Source: an uncultured Chthonomonadaceae bacterium (GTDB lineage Bacteria; Armatimonadota; Chthonomonadetes; Chthonomonadales; Chthonomonadaceae). From it: DNA of 64,000 nt. The first letter of the stretch is position 1; every line of letters starts with the position of its first letter. Position numbers and translations under genes: made by a program. The notes beneath the pieces were generated by a model that worked only from the letters and a program-made list of their open reading frames with translations, was not told where the DNA came from and ran no database searches. Positions 29,126 to 40,003 of this stretch are shown one piece after another. Where the stretch lies: contig CAWIEK010000053.1 in the NCBI GenBank assembly GCA_963835065.1, positions 448,001 to 512,000 of the forward strand, in the 5' to 3' direction.

Positions 29126-29153
29126 TAGACGAAGCGCGTTTGGGAACGTATCA
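29126..29153 (-). promoter_or_regulatory. Candidate autoregulatory ECF promoter
   Basis: Minus strand TGATAC-16 nt-CGTCTA upstream of the sigma gene, resembling SigW/SigM-type TGAAAC...CGT promoters. Confidence 0.45.
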
Positions 29154-29280
29154 TCATTTATTCCAGGCGTTTTCAGGTGGGGCAGGATTCCGAAGCGAGG
29201 AGGCTGAATTGAGGAGTGAGGTTTGCAAGCCTCTGTTTCGTGGAAGTTCACCTGTTTTTCGCGTTCTTGAACATTCGCTT

Positions 29281-29706
29281 ATGCCAGATCAACCACATTC
29301 CGCTTCCATTACCCTGCGCGTCCGGTATTTTGAAACCGATCAGATGCAGGTCGCGCATCATGCCCATTATCTTGTCTGGTTTGAGGCCGCGCGCAGCGAG
29401 TTTTGCCGTGTTCGGGGCGTGGATTACACGCAGATGGAGCAGCAGGGTTATTTCCTGCCCATTGTGGAAGCGCATTGCCGCTACATTTCTCCTGCCCGCT
29501 ACGATGAAGAGATTGTTGTCACAACCTATGTGATTGCCGCCAGGCGTCGTACCCTGCGCATGGGCTATACCGTCACGCGGGGCGAGGCCACTCTCGCTAC
29601 GGGAGAAACCTACCAGATCGTCATCGGACTGGACAAACGCCCCCGCGCCTTGCCTGACACCTTCTACGCCCTGTTTTCTCCGGCAACTAATGAATCAGGT
29701 AGATAA
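29281..29706 (+). CDS. Acyl-CoA thioesterase (YbgC/4HBT hotdog family)
   Basis: RVRYFETDQMQVAHHAHYLVWFEAAR, YISPARYDE. Confidence 0.9.
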   Translation: MPDQPHSASITLRVRYFETDQMQVAHHAHYLVWFEAARSEFCRVRGVDYTQMEQQGYFLPIVEAHCRYISPARYDEEIVVTTYVIAARRRTLRMGYTVTRGEATLATGETYQIVIGLDKRPRALPDTFYALFSPATNESGR

Positions 29707-29861
29707 TGAATAATCTAAACGCCGTAACAGGCTGCTGACTACTCGCGGAACCTTGCCAATCCTGATTGAACTTACGGCAGGCAAGTAATCTGCGGGGGCA
29801 GAAAAGCCGCAGAACGGCTATCTTCAGGATTAGCAAGTTTGGTTCGTCTCGTTGCAAAATT

Positions 29862-31580
29862 CTACCAGGCATGTGGATCAAGGCGCAGGCCGGAACGCGC
29901 TGCCCACTGACGCAGCAGATTGGGCGCCAGTTTCAAACGTTTGGGACAGGATTTGTCGCTCGGCACGACGTTGCACTTGCCGCGCGCCTGCACAATAGTT
30001 TTGGTTTCCGGGTCTACCTCAATCGTCATTATCCGGCGCGCTTCCGGCCATTCCGGCGTTTCCAATCGCAGCGACCAGATGCTGCTTTTGCCTTCCACGC
30101 ACGAGTTGATATATGTCGCCACACAATTGTTCATCGCCCTCCCTTCCGCTTGCAGTTCATTGCTGTTCACCAGTTCCCGAATGGTCCACTGCCACGCAAC
30201 GTCCTGTTCCAGGGCAGGCTGTTCCTGTATCCAGCCTTCCAATCCTAAACCATTCCAGCTTTGGAGTGGTCGTTCCTGTTCTCGCGCCAGTTGCGCGTGC
30301 CATTCTTCCACGCGGCGAAGCAGCGCGGCAGGCGTTCGACCCTTCATAGTAAATTCGGGTTCGGGTGGTGGCAGACACTCCATTTCGCCGTCCGGCAGGA
30401 TAATCGTGCGCGGCATGAACTTCACATTGAAGATAAAATCTACAATTGGGCCAACATGCGAAGTGGCAAGTTCGGAACGATGGACAAACCAGTGAATCAC
30501 TTCACTCCAAAACGGCTCATCCGTTTGGATGTCGCGCAACGAGGAAGCCGCCACCGCCCGCGCCAGGCGCTCACTGCCGCCTGCGCCCCGCGTTTGCCCC
30601 CATCGCAACGCGCCCTCGAAGCTGTAATCAGCGGGCGCTTTGAGAAAATGATAAGCCGCCATGCGCGTCAAGGCTACAGGAAGTTGCAATTCACGCACAC
30701 TGCGCCCGCGCCCGATCTGTATAAACCACTCCTGGCGCTGTTCCCCAACCGCGTTACAGCCTTCAAACCATGCGCGATCCATAAACGCCGGCACCTCGTA
30801 TTCCGCCAGCAGATGCCGCGCCAAACTGTGGAATTGCGCCCGCGCCGTATGACCGAGCGGCTTCCAATCTTCTGCGCCGCGCAGCCATCGGGAATGTTGA
30901 CGGGCAAGCGCGTACAGCGCATAAACGTAGGTGTTGTACCAATGCTCATCGCCCGCCAGTAACCCGCCGTCAGTTCGCAGCAGCCGACCGTTTGCGGCAA
31001 CAATGAACAGCAGGCGTCGGAACACTTTGCGTATTCGCAATGTTTTCTCTGCCTGCAAAATCCTGTCTACCCGCTGAAGCAGGGGCGTTGGAAGCTGGTG
31101 ATTTTCAACACTGCCGTCGAAAATCGCTTCCAGCCAGAACTCCATGCTGCATTGCGCAGGGCGCAATATTTGGAGAACCGTATCCGCCCGCTCCCGCTGC
31201 GTAATCTCCAATTCCTTTCTACGCTGCGCCCGGCTTTTATTTTTGGTGCAGCTTATGCCATGCGTTTCACACCATTGCGCGTACTCCGACAAAGTACGCA
31301 AGCCCAAGTCGGAAGCATGGCGATTGGCGACACGGTCAATCTCCTCCTGCCGCGCCTTCTTGAGGGCGCAATGTTTCTCTTCGCGCCGTTGCTTCCAGCT
31401 TTTCTGGCGTCCCTGTCCAAACCCATTTTGCCGACACCACGCCCGGTACGCCGCCCCATCCGCGAACCCCAATTTGCTCAGATGCCGCGTAAACACGGCT
31501 TGCGACAGACAGGCCGTAGGCGGAACCACCACTCTTTGTTTGTTGCTTCGCTTGCCCATGGCTTTCTTTCCCACACTCAC
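29862..31580 (-). CDS. PcfJ-like domain protein (long paralogue)
   Basis: C-terminal ELQAEGRAMNNCVATY...IWSLR...TIEV...IVQARGKCN. Confidence 0.8.
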   Translation of the reverse strand: MSVGKKAMGKRSNKQRVVVPPTACLSQAVFTRHLSKLGFADGAAYRAWCRQNGFGQGRQKSWKQRREEKHCALKKARQEEIDRVANRHASDLGLRTLSEYAQWCETHGISCTKNKSRAQRRKELEITQRERADTVLQILRPAQCSMEFWLEAIFDGSVENHQLPTPLLQRVDRILQAEKTLRIRKVFRRLLFIVAANGRLLRTDGGLLAGDEHWYNTYVYALYALARQHSRWLRGAEDWKPLGHTARAQFHSLARHLLAEYEVPAFMDRAWFEGCNAVGEQRQEWFIQIGRGRSVRELQLPVALTRMAAYHFLKAPADYSFEGALRWGQTRGAGGSERLARAVAASSLRDIQTDEPFWSEVIHWFVHRSELATSHVGPIVDFIFNVKFMPRTIILPDGEMECLPPPEPEFTMKGRTPAALLRRVEEWHAQLAREQERPLQSWNGLGLEGWIQEQPALEQDVAWQWTIRELVNSNELQAEGRAMNNCVATYINSCVEGKSSIWSLRLETPEWPEARRIMTIEVDPETKTIVQARGKCNVVPSDKSCPKRLKLAPNLLRQWAARSGLRLDPHAW

Positions 31581-31664
31581 GTCTTACTCCGAACACCTGA
31601 ATACCTGAACACCCCTCCCCATTTCGCTGACAGCCACATCGTCAACAAAGTTACAGCCTCAAAA

Positions 31665-31706
31665 GATTGCGCCCCTCAGTTCCTATCGAACAAAGGGGCG
31701 CAATCT
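31665..31706. terminator. Hairpin between the PcfJ-like genes
   Basis: AGATTGCGCCCCT / AGGGGCGCAATCT inverted repeat. Confidence 0.55.
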
Positions 31707-31738
31707 ATAAATACGTCGTCTGACTATTTACCGTCAGT

Positions 31739-33112
31739 TTACACGGAACACGCTACCGATAATTTTTGTTCCTGCGCCCATTTGCGCAGCATTTCGCTTG
31801 CCGTTTTCATCCGGCCATTGCCTTTGTAGGAACCCGGCGGCTGGTTGCAATGGCCGCGCGCCTGCACGATGGCGCGGCGGGCAAGGTTGATCTCAATCGT
31901 CAGCAGTCGGCGGGTTTTTACTTCCCGCTCCGGCTTGACGCGCAGGGACCAGATTGCGGTTGTGCCGTTTAGACAGCCGTTCGCATAAGTGAACACGCAA
32001 TGCCGCATCTCGCGCCCTTCTTCCTGCAAGGCTTTGCTGCTGCACAATTCTACAATCGTCCATGTGTTCAGCGTCTTCTGCATGTCCCGCGCTTCGACGC
32101 AAAACGGCGTCAAGCCACACGGCTGCCATTCGGTACGCGGCCTTTTGGCGTCTTTGGCTAACTGCTCGTGCCACTCTGCCACGCGCTTGAGTAACGCCGT
32201 CAGCGTCCGCCCCTTCATGCTCAATCCCGGTTCCGGCGCGCTGTCGTAAGTGACCGGGCCGTCAATACCGTGCCGCGTTGGTTCGCCGAAACGCTGTTCC
32301 CACAGATAATCCACAATTGGGCCGACCTGCGCCACATCCATTTGCGCCTGATTGACAAACCATTGAATTACCGATTCCCAAAACGCCTCGTCCGGCAAAA
32401 TGCCGCCCAACCTTGATTCGGCAATCGCCTGCGCCAGATACTCGCTTCCGCCGAGGGCAACGGTCTGCCCCCGCCGCAGCGCCGCCACAATGCTGCCATC
32501 ACCCGGAGCCTGCAAGAAGTGATGCGCCGCTTTTTCCGTCAATCGCAGGGGCAAGTCGGCGCGGCGAATGTTCTGCCCGTTGCCGATATGCAGAAACCAA
32601 TCCTGATGCTGTCGGCTTACGGGCGTAAACCCTTCAAACCATCCGGCATCCATAAACGCGGGCACATCGTACCGCGCGAACAAATGCCGCGCCATCCGCG
32701 CAAACTGCCCGCGCGCATGGCTGCCTTCCATGCGGCAGGCTTCCGGCATATTCCGCCATTGCTCGTGACGCAAGGCAAGCATCAGCAGCGCATCCACAAA
32801 CGTATTGCCCGACTGCGGTCCCAAATACGCGATTACCGGCTCAATGGACACAAACGGCGAGTTACGCCCCAGATGATTAAGCAGCCGCTGCCATGCCGCG
32901 CTTGCGTCCGCGTTTTGATTAACAGTCGCATACGCGGCCCGCATTTTCTGCTGATGCGCAGCAGGCAGGGCGGCCCAGGGCGCGCGATTGCTGTAAATGT
33001 CGCGGATACGGGCATCCACATCACGGTGCAATTTGCGCCACTGCGCCCACTGTTCCTGCGCAATACCCCAAGAATTTGCCGATTGTTCGCTAACCTGTGC
33101 GGAGTTCGACAC
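31739..33112 (-). CDS. PcfJ-like domain protein (short paralogue)
   Basis: LQEEGREMRHCVFTY...IWSLR...TIEI...IVQARGHCN; shares LARHLxAxYxVPAFMD and MKGRT-type motifs with its neighbour. Confidence 0.8.
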   Translation of the reverse strand: MSNSAQVSEQSANSWGIAQEQWAQWRKLHRDVDARIRDIYSNRAPWAALPAAHQQKMRAAYATVNQNADASAAWQRLLNHLGRNSPFVSIEPVIAYLGPQSGNTFVDALLMLALRHEQWRNMPEACRMEGSHARGQFARMARHLFARYDVPAFMDAGWFEGFTPVSRQHQDWFLHIGNGQNIRRADLPLRLTEKAAHHFLQAPGDGSIVAALRRGQTVALGGSEYLAQAIAESRLGGILPDEAFWESVIQWFVNQAQMDVAQVGPIVDYLWEQRFGEPTRHGIDGPVTYDSAPEPGLSMKGRTLTALLKRVAEWHEQLAKDAKRPRTEWQPCGLTPFCVEARDMQKTLNTWTIVELCSSKALQEEGREMRHCVFTYANGCLNGTTAIWSLRVKPEREVKTRRLLTIEINLARRAIVQARGHCNQPPGSYKGNGRMKTASEMLRKWAQEQKLSVACSV

Positions 33113-33165
33113 TGTTTCGTCACTCCTTCCAACCCTCTATCGGCCAGCAACGGCGGCTTGCTAAA

Positions 33166-33543
33166 TCACAATTCGCGGGTTTTGTAGGCGGCAAGCAGGT
33201 CGGCAACCGCAATGCCGTCTATGGTCATGCCGTCCAGCGTACAGTTTTCAATCTTCACGTCGCGCAGGTCACAATCCACAAACGCCGAACCGTTCAGTTC
33301 GGCGTTTTCAAAGGCAAGCCCGCGCTGCGTTCCCTTTGCATCACGCGGCAGGCCGATGTGTTTGAACGTCGCGCCGCCCATTTGCGCGGCGGAAAACGCG
33401 ACGTCGCTGAAATTGATGTCGTGGAAAATCGCGCCCGACAGGTTCACATCGTCGAAATGGGCGTTTCCCAGATTGACATTGTGGAACGTGGTTCCGGGCA
33501 TATTCCGGCCCTCAAACTTGTTTTCTTCTGCAGAATCAGACAT
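33166..33543 (-). CDS. Pentapeptide-repeat protein
   Basis: FHNVNLGNAHFDDVNLSGAIFHDINFS...GMTIDGI; ATG at 33543 after AAGGAG. Confidence 0.85.
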   Translation of the reverse strand: MSDSAEENKFEGRNMPGTTFHNVNLGNAHFDDVNLSGAIFHDINFSDVAFSAAQMGGATFKHIGLPRDAKGTQRGLAFENAELNGSAFVDCDLRDVKIENCTLDGMTIDGIAVADLLAAYKTREL

Positions 33544-33828
33544 TGCTTTCTCCTTTTCATCCTGGAAGGAGTGGGATGCTTCCCATTCCCTCAATCGAAG
33601 ACTTCCCTCACCCTGATAACTTGTACTTCGGTTTGAAAACCGGAACGACATCAAGGCCAACGAGAGAAGCACACAAACCCTCTTGGTTCTGCGCTAACAT
33701 AACATCACGGATTGAAGGGATGAAACAGATGAACACGGATAGGAAATGAGGATGTACTCCTGCTTTCCCGCATATCCGCGCGTATCCGTTTCATCCGTTC
33801 AATCCGTGGTAAAATTCTCTCCCGGCCC

Positions 33829-35034
33829 TTACGCTTTGAGGCTGGAGCGGAACAGCGCGATACTGGCCGTTTGCCCGTGCAGGCAGCTTTTGCCGCCAAT
33901 AGGTCCGAGTTCCCCGGCAGCGAAGAAACCGGCGAGGGGGGTTTCCGGGACGGCTTCCAACACGCCGCGCACGTCATGGTTGGGCAGATCGAACATCCGC
34001 AGCCCCCGTCCATTACAACTGAACACCAGCCCACCCGCGGGAGCCGAGTCGTTGGTCGCGGAACGGCGCATCAGCAGGCGCAGGTCTTCATCGGCGGTTT
34101 CCGCGTCCTGAATATGGAACTGTACGGTCTGCCCCGCCTGTACTTCCTCACCAATCACCATTGCGCCCGATTCCGGGTCCACGCCTAAGACGCCCCGAAT
34201 TAGAAAATCGCCCCGGTCAAAGGCGTCCTGATACTCATTGGTGACAATGCCCAAAAATAACGCGCCGTTTTGAACCTGTTCCTGTTCCGCTTCATTCAGA
34301 TCGCTAAACGTGTTTTGCGCGGCTTCCAGCGCGGGCTTGCCGCCCAGGGTATGAATCACCTGCTCGTCGGCCTTTGTCACCAACAGGGTTTCGCCAATCG
34401 GGCGGCAGCCCTGACTGACAACCACATCCACGCGCACCTCGCCGGCAATCCGCACCCCAACCGCGCCATCATCAAAAACTTGATCGTTCAGCAAAAGCAC
34501 ATTCTGGCCCGGCTGATCACCACTGCTTGCCATACCGCCAACGGTGGGCGCTCCGCCGATCTCATCCAGGGCTTCCATCAGGTCAATAACGGGCGTGGTA
34601 AACGGGTCGCCGAACAGCAAAAACGCTCGCGTTTCGTCCGCATCGCCCGGCAGCGTGTCGCGCCGAATGCCCACGCGACGGCGCAACTGCCGCCGCGTAT
34701 CGTCCAGCAAGTAATCCCATTCCACATAGCTCATTTGAAACGGCGTCAAAATCACGCCCGGAAGGTTCGCAGCGAGCGCGCTCAATCCCGGTTCGCGCTC
34801 CACTTCCCTGTCGCCGCCAATCACGCCTTCCGCGCTGCACCCCACCAAAACGCGCGGATTCAGCGCCTGCCGCAGTTGCTGCGCCATTTGCGCGGCGCGC
34901 TCCTGATGCTGAACTGTGAAAAACAGAGTCAATAAATCAATCGAGCCGGTCAGTTGGCGGCGCAGGGACGCGATCACTTCCTGCGTGGCCTCGTCCGTAT
35001 CCTCCCGTCGGCTCAATGCGGCGGCAAACTGCAT
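33829..35034 (-). CDS. FIST N/C domain signal-transduction protein
   Basis: GCSAEGVIG, VSQGCRPIG, FSCNGRG, GFFAAGELGP. Confidence 0.92.
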   Translation of the reverse strand: MQFAAALSRREDTDEATQEVIASLRRQLTGSIDLLTLFFTVQHQERAAQMAQQLRQALNPRVLVGCSAEGVIGGDREVEREPGLSALAANLPGVILTPFQMSYVEWDYLLDDTRRQLRRRVGIRRDTLPGDADETRAFLLFGDPFTTPVIDLMEALDEIGGAPTVGGMASSGDQPGQNVLLLNDQVFDDGAVGVRIAGEVRVDVVVSQGCRPIGETLLVTKADEQVIHTLGGKPALEAAQNTFSDLNEAEQEQVQNGALFLGIVTNEYQDAFDRGDFLIRGVLGVDPESGAMVIGEEVQAGQTVQFHIQDAETADEDLRLLMRRSATNDSAPAGGLVFSCNGRGLRMFDLPNHDVRGVLEAVPETPLAGFFAAGELGPIGGKSCLHGQTASIALFRSSLKA

Positions 35035-35218
35035 AACATGCTCCCAACCATTCTAGCCTGAAAATGCCGGTATTCGGTGTTCGGTATTCGGTGTTCGGAC
35101 AATCCGGCATGTTCATGCTCTAAGGTCAACGTAGTTCATGCGAACTGTTCTAAACGCGAATGTCCAAACACCTATGCGCCATCATCGAACCTGCCTCAGT
35201 CGGACGCCTCATTCGCGT

Positions 35219-35995
35219 TTATTCGCGTTCATTCGCGGCTAAGTTCTGAATTTTGTTCGCAGCCGGCGGGCGATTTTCGGGCTTGGGCTGGCTGATGGGC
35301 GGCGGCGCAATGTACAGCGGCACAAGCGCTATCGGGTCTTCCCCGGTATCGCCCTGCTCCATACGCAGCCCCGCCAAACGCGCTATTTGTGACGCGAAAG
35401 GCACGGCAGCCAGCCCACAGGAAGTACGCCTGCCCTGCTCCGACAACTGCGCAAACAGCGCAGCCCGATGTTTCGGCATGGCCGGCCCACACAGCACGAT
35501 ATGCCGGCGATCCAGTTCCGCAATCTGCGCGGTCAATTCTTCCAGCGACAGGGCAGCCGGGGCAATCACAATTTCGGGTGCAGTTTCGTCCACATTGTAC
35601 CCGCCCGTGAATACCACGCCCGCCCGACACGGCAGGAGGGGCACGACGAGTACCACTTCCAATCCCTGATACGTGGCGGCAATGGCTTCCAGGCTGTTGA
35701 TGCCATACAAAGGCCGATTTCGGACTGACGCCAACGTTTTCATCGTCATCACGCCGATGCGCGTTCCCGTAAACGATCCCGGCCCGATGCCAACCGCAAA
35801 CGCCGTCACCTCTTCCAGCGTCACGCCTGCGCTCTGTAAGACGCCTTCCATCTGCCCGAACAACCGCTCCGACAGATGCATGTTGTGCCGAAACGCCTGT
35901 TCAGCCACAAACTGCCCGTCCCGCTGCACCGCCACGCTGCACACGTCGCCGGACGTTTCCATCGCCAGTATGACCTTGCCGCTTTGCTCACTCAT
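35219..35995 (-). CDS. tsaB: tRNA threonylcarbamoyladenosine biosynthesis protein TsaB
   Basis: ILAMETS, GIGPGSFTGTRIG, LVPLY; adjacent to tsaE. Confidence 0.92.
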   Translation of the reverse strand: MSEQSGKVILAMETSGDVCSVAVQRDGQFVAEQAFRHNMHLSERLFGQMEGVLQSAGVTLEEVTAFAVGIGPGSFTGTRIGVMTMKTLASVRNRPLYGINSLEAIAATYQGLEVVLVVPLLPCRAGVVFTGGYNVDETAPEIVIAPAALSLEELTAQIAELDRRHIVLCGPAMPKHRAALFAQLSEQGRRTSCGLAAVPFASQIARLAGLRMEQGDTGEDPIALVPLYIAPPPISQPKPENRPPAANKIQNLAANERE

Positions 35996-36582
35996 TCCAC
36001 GCGCCGTTCCCGCATCGCCTCGACTTCCGGCGCTTGCATCCATACCTCCACCAGTTGTTGATAGCGTACCCCTGCCGCTTCCATCCGCAACAATCGCGGT
36101 ACGGCATCCGCATCAGAAATGAGGTTATTCTCCCCCTCTACGCCACGCCCCGACTTCCTTGCTTCCTCCAAAGTAAGCGTCAGCCGCTCGTCCGGCAGCA
36201 AGGCCGCGATCTTGTCCGCCCATTCCACGACCACAATCCCGCCGCGCTCCAGATACTCCTCGAAGCCGAAATCACTCACGTCTTCCGGGCGCTCCAGGCG
36301 GTACGGGTCGAAGTGAAACAGGGGCGTCTCCTGCCCATACTCCTGTACCAGAGTAAACGTCGGGCTTGTCACGCGCTCCGTAATGCCCATCCCCTGCGCG
36401 ATTCCCTGCGTCAGCGTGGTTTTCCCCGCGCCCAAATCGCCAATCAGCGCAATCACATCCCCCGCCCGCAGCAATTTTCCTAACGCCCTGCCCAGCGCCA
36501 GTGTGTCCTCTCTTGTGCGCAACACTGGAAAGGGTTGGGGGGTGAGGGGTGAGGGGTGAGGGAGCGACACATCGCGCGTCAC
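35992..36582 (-). CDS. tsaE: tRNA threonylcarbamoyladenosine biosynthesis ATPase TsaE
   Basis: GDLGAGKTT, VTSPTFTLV, HFDPYRL, VEWA; start taken as the GTGA overlap. Confidence 0.93.
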   Translation of the reverse strand: MTRDVSLPHPSPLTPQPFPVLRTREDTLALGRALGKLLRAGDVIALIGDLGAGKTTLTQGIAQGMGITERVTSPTFTLVQEYGQETPLFHFDPYRLERPEDVSDFGFEEYLERGGIVVVEWADKIAALLPDERLTLTLEEARKSGRGVEGENNLISDADAVPRLLRMEAAGVRYQQLVEVWMQAPEVEAMRERRVE

Positions 36583-38356
36583 AGCGGGTTTCCTTTTTGA
36601 AGTGGTTGCGGCTGCCGCTTCCTGTACGCCTCCCCTGCCATAACGAGCAGGCTCAGAGCGGAAGCCAGGATGACTTGAAGCAGCGCAACATTCTGAAACG
36701 ATTCGATATTGATGCCGGTCGCGGGATAACCGTTTATATCCGCAGACAGCGCATACGCGCCGAGGGCGGGAACCAGCAGCAGACTGCTCCATACGCCCAG
36801 TATCACGCTGACAGAACGGCCTCCCGCGCCGGAATTCTGACCGGGTAAAACATTACTTTCCGGCTTTGCCGCGTTTTCAATCCCTGCCGTCGCCTGTGTC
36901 CTGGCCGCGCGGCGATGCAGCCAAGTGAGCAGAAACGCCGGTACAAGCGTACTGCAAATAAGGCCCGCAATCACCCCTCCAGGCTGCCCTGCCCGGGAAA
37001 GGTAACTGATAGAGGTATTGACGCCGAACATCGCAAGCAGGCCATGCGAAGCGGCAACAGCCAAACTCCCCTGTTTCAGCCGCTGTTTCAAGCCGGATGC
37101 CGCGCCTAGCGGCGTAAAGCGGCGCAACAGAAAAATCAGGCATGCTCCGGTAATAACAGCTATCACGACATGGCGGAGATGCGCCCGCGTTATGGCGTGA
37201 GACCGCGCCAGATCGCTCCTTGCCTGAAGAGCCTGAAGGCTGCCGCCTTCCGCCTCAGACGAACTACCAGCCACAGGAACGGGCAAGTCGCTGTTTACGA
37301 ATTGCCGCGCGGGATTTGAAGGCAAAAGGCCGGGGATGTCTTCAAGCCCGGCAATATAAGCGTCAGTCATTCTGGCGCGTTGGACAAGTTCGTTGCGCTG
37401 AATTTGCCGCGCCGCGCCTGCCGGCAAAAGCAAATAGTCACCCGTACAGCCGCCATGCTTGAGTTTGGCAGGGGAAGTCCTAACAGAGCGGCAATTGTCG
37501 GCGCGATGTCTTCCTCGCGCATGATCGCGCGTTCCCCCCGCGACGCGCCAGTCCCCGCGAAGACCACCGGCGGATGCGTTACGACATATTCGGTGCCGCC
37601 GTGTCCTCCCGCGTCCAGATGCCCGTGATCGGCGGTCACAACGATACACGTTTCTGCCGTGTTTGCTTCGCGGACCAGTTCGCCGATCCAGCGGTCAATT
37701 TGCGCGGCGGATTGGAGAGCGGGCGCGCTCAATGCACCGCACTCGTGGCTTCTCTCATCATACGCGCCGAAGTAAACTAAAATCAGCCCGGCCTTCTGGC
37801 GGCGCAGAATAGATTGCGCGGCGCGAAAAATTTTCGCGTCATCTTCATCCTCAAATCCGGGCGCGTAAGCCGCTTCGGAAAGGCTGTCAGCGCGGAGAAA
37901 ACGCTTCCACCATATTTGCCCGGCGATACTAGCAGGCAAATGGTTCGCATGGGCAACATCAAAAAGCGTGTCTACCGACAGCGTTCGGATACGATTATAG
38001 GGAGCATTGATGAGCGAGGAACCGCTGATTTCCGGCGATGCTCCACTCACGAGCGTCGCCCAGGAAGGCTGTGATAACGACGGCACAACAACAACCGACC
38101 GGCCCCATGCGCCGTGCGAACGCAAATTTTCTATAGCGGGCATCGTGTGCGACACATCCTCGCGCAAGCCGTCCACGATAATGTAGAGAACCCGCCCTGC
38201 GATGGGCGGCGAACCGGAAGTATGTCCGAGTGGCGGCGCGTAGGAAGGCTGGTGGTCTATTGCGCTATTGATTCGACGCGCCACAATAGCGGAGCATACG
38301 AGAACCATTCCCACAAGCAACGAAACAAGCGCCGATGCAGAATAGCCCTGTTTCAT
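36579..38356 (-). CDS. Alkaline-phosphatase-superfamily protein with multi-TM C-terminus, split by a frameshift near 37440
   Basis: VDGLR, PSLSQP, DERSH, TADHGH, GGHGG in 37367-38356; TM-rich frame continues to 36579. Confidence 0.7.
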
Positions 38357-39978
38357 TCCACAGGCTCCGAAAAGGCCGTATCGGAGTTCTGCTTTTCCAT
38401 ACGCCGCGTAATCCGGCAGTCCGGTGGCCTGAATTTATGCCGCAGAAAGATATAGGCCGGCAGAAGGACAAAGACCACCCACAGCCAGAATGTCTGTTTA
38501 AGGAACGGAGGCAGCACATTGGAAAGCCCTTGCAGGTGTTCCGCAATCCAGCCTAACTTCAGCCCAATCCCCGGCTGCGTCAGTTTGGCAATGTTTTCTT
38601 TATTGAACGACAGGATATGAATGGCGCAAACAGATTTGTGCGAAGTCGGAGAATTGGCCTGATTGACCAGCGCTACGCGCAGCCCGTCGTTATTCATCGC
38701 GGCAATAACGGGTCCCTTGATGTCCAAACGATAGGTGATTTCGTGCATCGAACTTACGGTCAGGTGTTCCGGGGTTCCCGATAACGTCATCAGCCACAGA
38801 TTAAATCCCGCGTACTTCATGCGCGTTTCAATTAACAGGCTATGCGGATAGGGTTTCCCGTCCTCATCGTGCCCCTCCAGAGAACCAATCACCCGGCTGT
38901 CATCCGCATTGAACCCGGCGGGAATCATGGTTTGTGGATTCACTTCAGAAACGTCGCGCGACCAGAACACCACATCCGAAGGCGTTTTGTCTTCCTCCGT
39001 TGCCCCCACAGATGAGTCCGGGTTGAGCGTTTTCACCGGCAGCGCGGCGGCAATAAAGCGCCCATTCAAAGCCCAGGCATAGGAATTAGGGCACACGTCA
39101 CGATAAACTCGTTTCAACGCTGCGGCGTGGGCGTGTAAATTGAACTGAACCCAGCCCAGAGCAAACCTTTTATTTCCGCCATCCCACCGGAGACGGATAA
39201 GCACATTGATAACATCCGCCCCCTCTTCCAGCCGGTTCGACGCCTTCTCGCTTTGTTCGGCTTCCCGGTTCATCAGGACGGCGGGGCCGTCCCATAGCCA
39301 GCGGTCGTGGCTGTCGCCGTGAAGAGGGGAGACATCCTCACTCTGCTCGGGCCAACTCTGCGGTACGGCAGAATCGGACATGGCTTTCCTGATGTCGCCA
39401 TACGTTATCAACGCGGGAAAGTGGAAGTCACGCACTTCTGCCCTGTCCTTCCCGACGGGGCCGATGCCAAACACCAGCAGATGCCGTTCGCCTGGGCTGC
39501 CGCACCACAACAGCCGATTCACGCGGCAGTCGGGAAGTTTTTTCGTCCAGCAGACATCAGAGGCTTCCTTGCGCCATATCACAAGGAGATCAACACCCTC
39601 ATTCTTTTCCACTGCCGCAACAAGGCTGCTTTTCGTATCTCCCGCGACGAGGCGAGGATGAACAGCCTCCCCTTCCGGCACGGGCACGGAATAGGAGGTT
39701 ACAGCGCCTGATTCGGACATGCTCATGAGATGCGGAACGCCATTGTCCCGGTCAAAGAAAACAACCCTGTCTTCTCTGGCGAACAAAAGCTCACAGGGCT
39801 TGCTGTACTCCTGCGATGAAATCCGCTGCCCGCTGTCATGACCGGGTTCCACTTTGCGCGCCAGCAGCAACAGCACAAAGCAGGCAGCCCACACGAGCCA
39901 GTACCACGCTTTGCTGTCTCCGGGCAAAGGCTGACTGTCCGAGGAAGAAGTATGATTGTTTTGTGAGGCAGTCGCCAT
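38353..39978 (-). CDS. Hypothetical membrane-anchored protein
   Basis: 541-aa ORF, hydrophobic segments at both ends, overlaps the next gene. Confidence 0.65.
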   Translation of the reverse strand: MATASQNNHTSSSDSQPLPGDSKAWYWLVWAACFVLLLLARKVEPGHDSGQRISSQEYSKPCELLFAREDRVVFFDRDNGVPHLMSMSESGAVTSYSVPVPEGEAVHPRLVAGDTKSSLVAAVEKNEGVDLLVIWRKEASDVCWTKKLPDCRVNRLLWCGSPGERHLLVFGIGPVGKDRAEVRDFHFPALITYGDIRKAMSDSAVPQSWPEQSEDVSPLHGDSHDRWLWDGPAVLMNREAEQSEKASNRLEEGADVINVLIRLRWDGGNKRFALGWVQFNLHAHAAALKRVYRDVCPNSYAWALNGRFIAAALPVKTLNPDSSVGATEEDKTPSDVVFWSRDVSEVNPQTMIPAGFNADDSRVIGSLEGHDEDGKPYPHSLLIETRMKYAGFNLWLMTLSGTPEHLTVSSMHEITYRLDIKGPVIAAMNNDGLRVALVNQANSPTSHKSVCAIHILSFNKENIAKLTQPGIGLKLGWIAEHLQGLSNVLPPFLKQTFWLWVVFVLLPAYIFLRHKFRPPDCRITRRMEKQNSDTAFSEPVE

Positions 39979-40003
39979 GATTTCTTACCCTGCCGCCAAG
40001 TTG

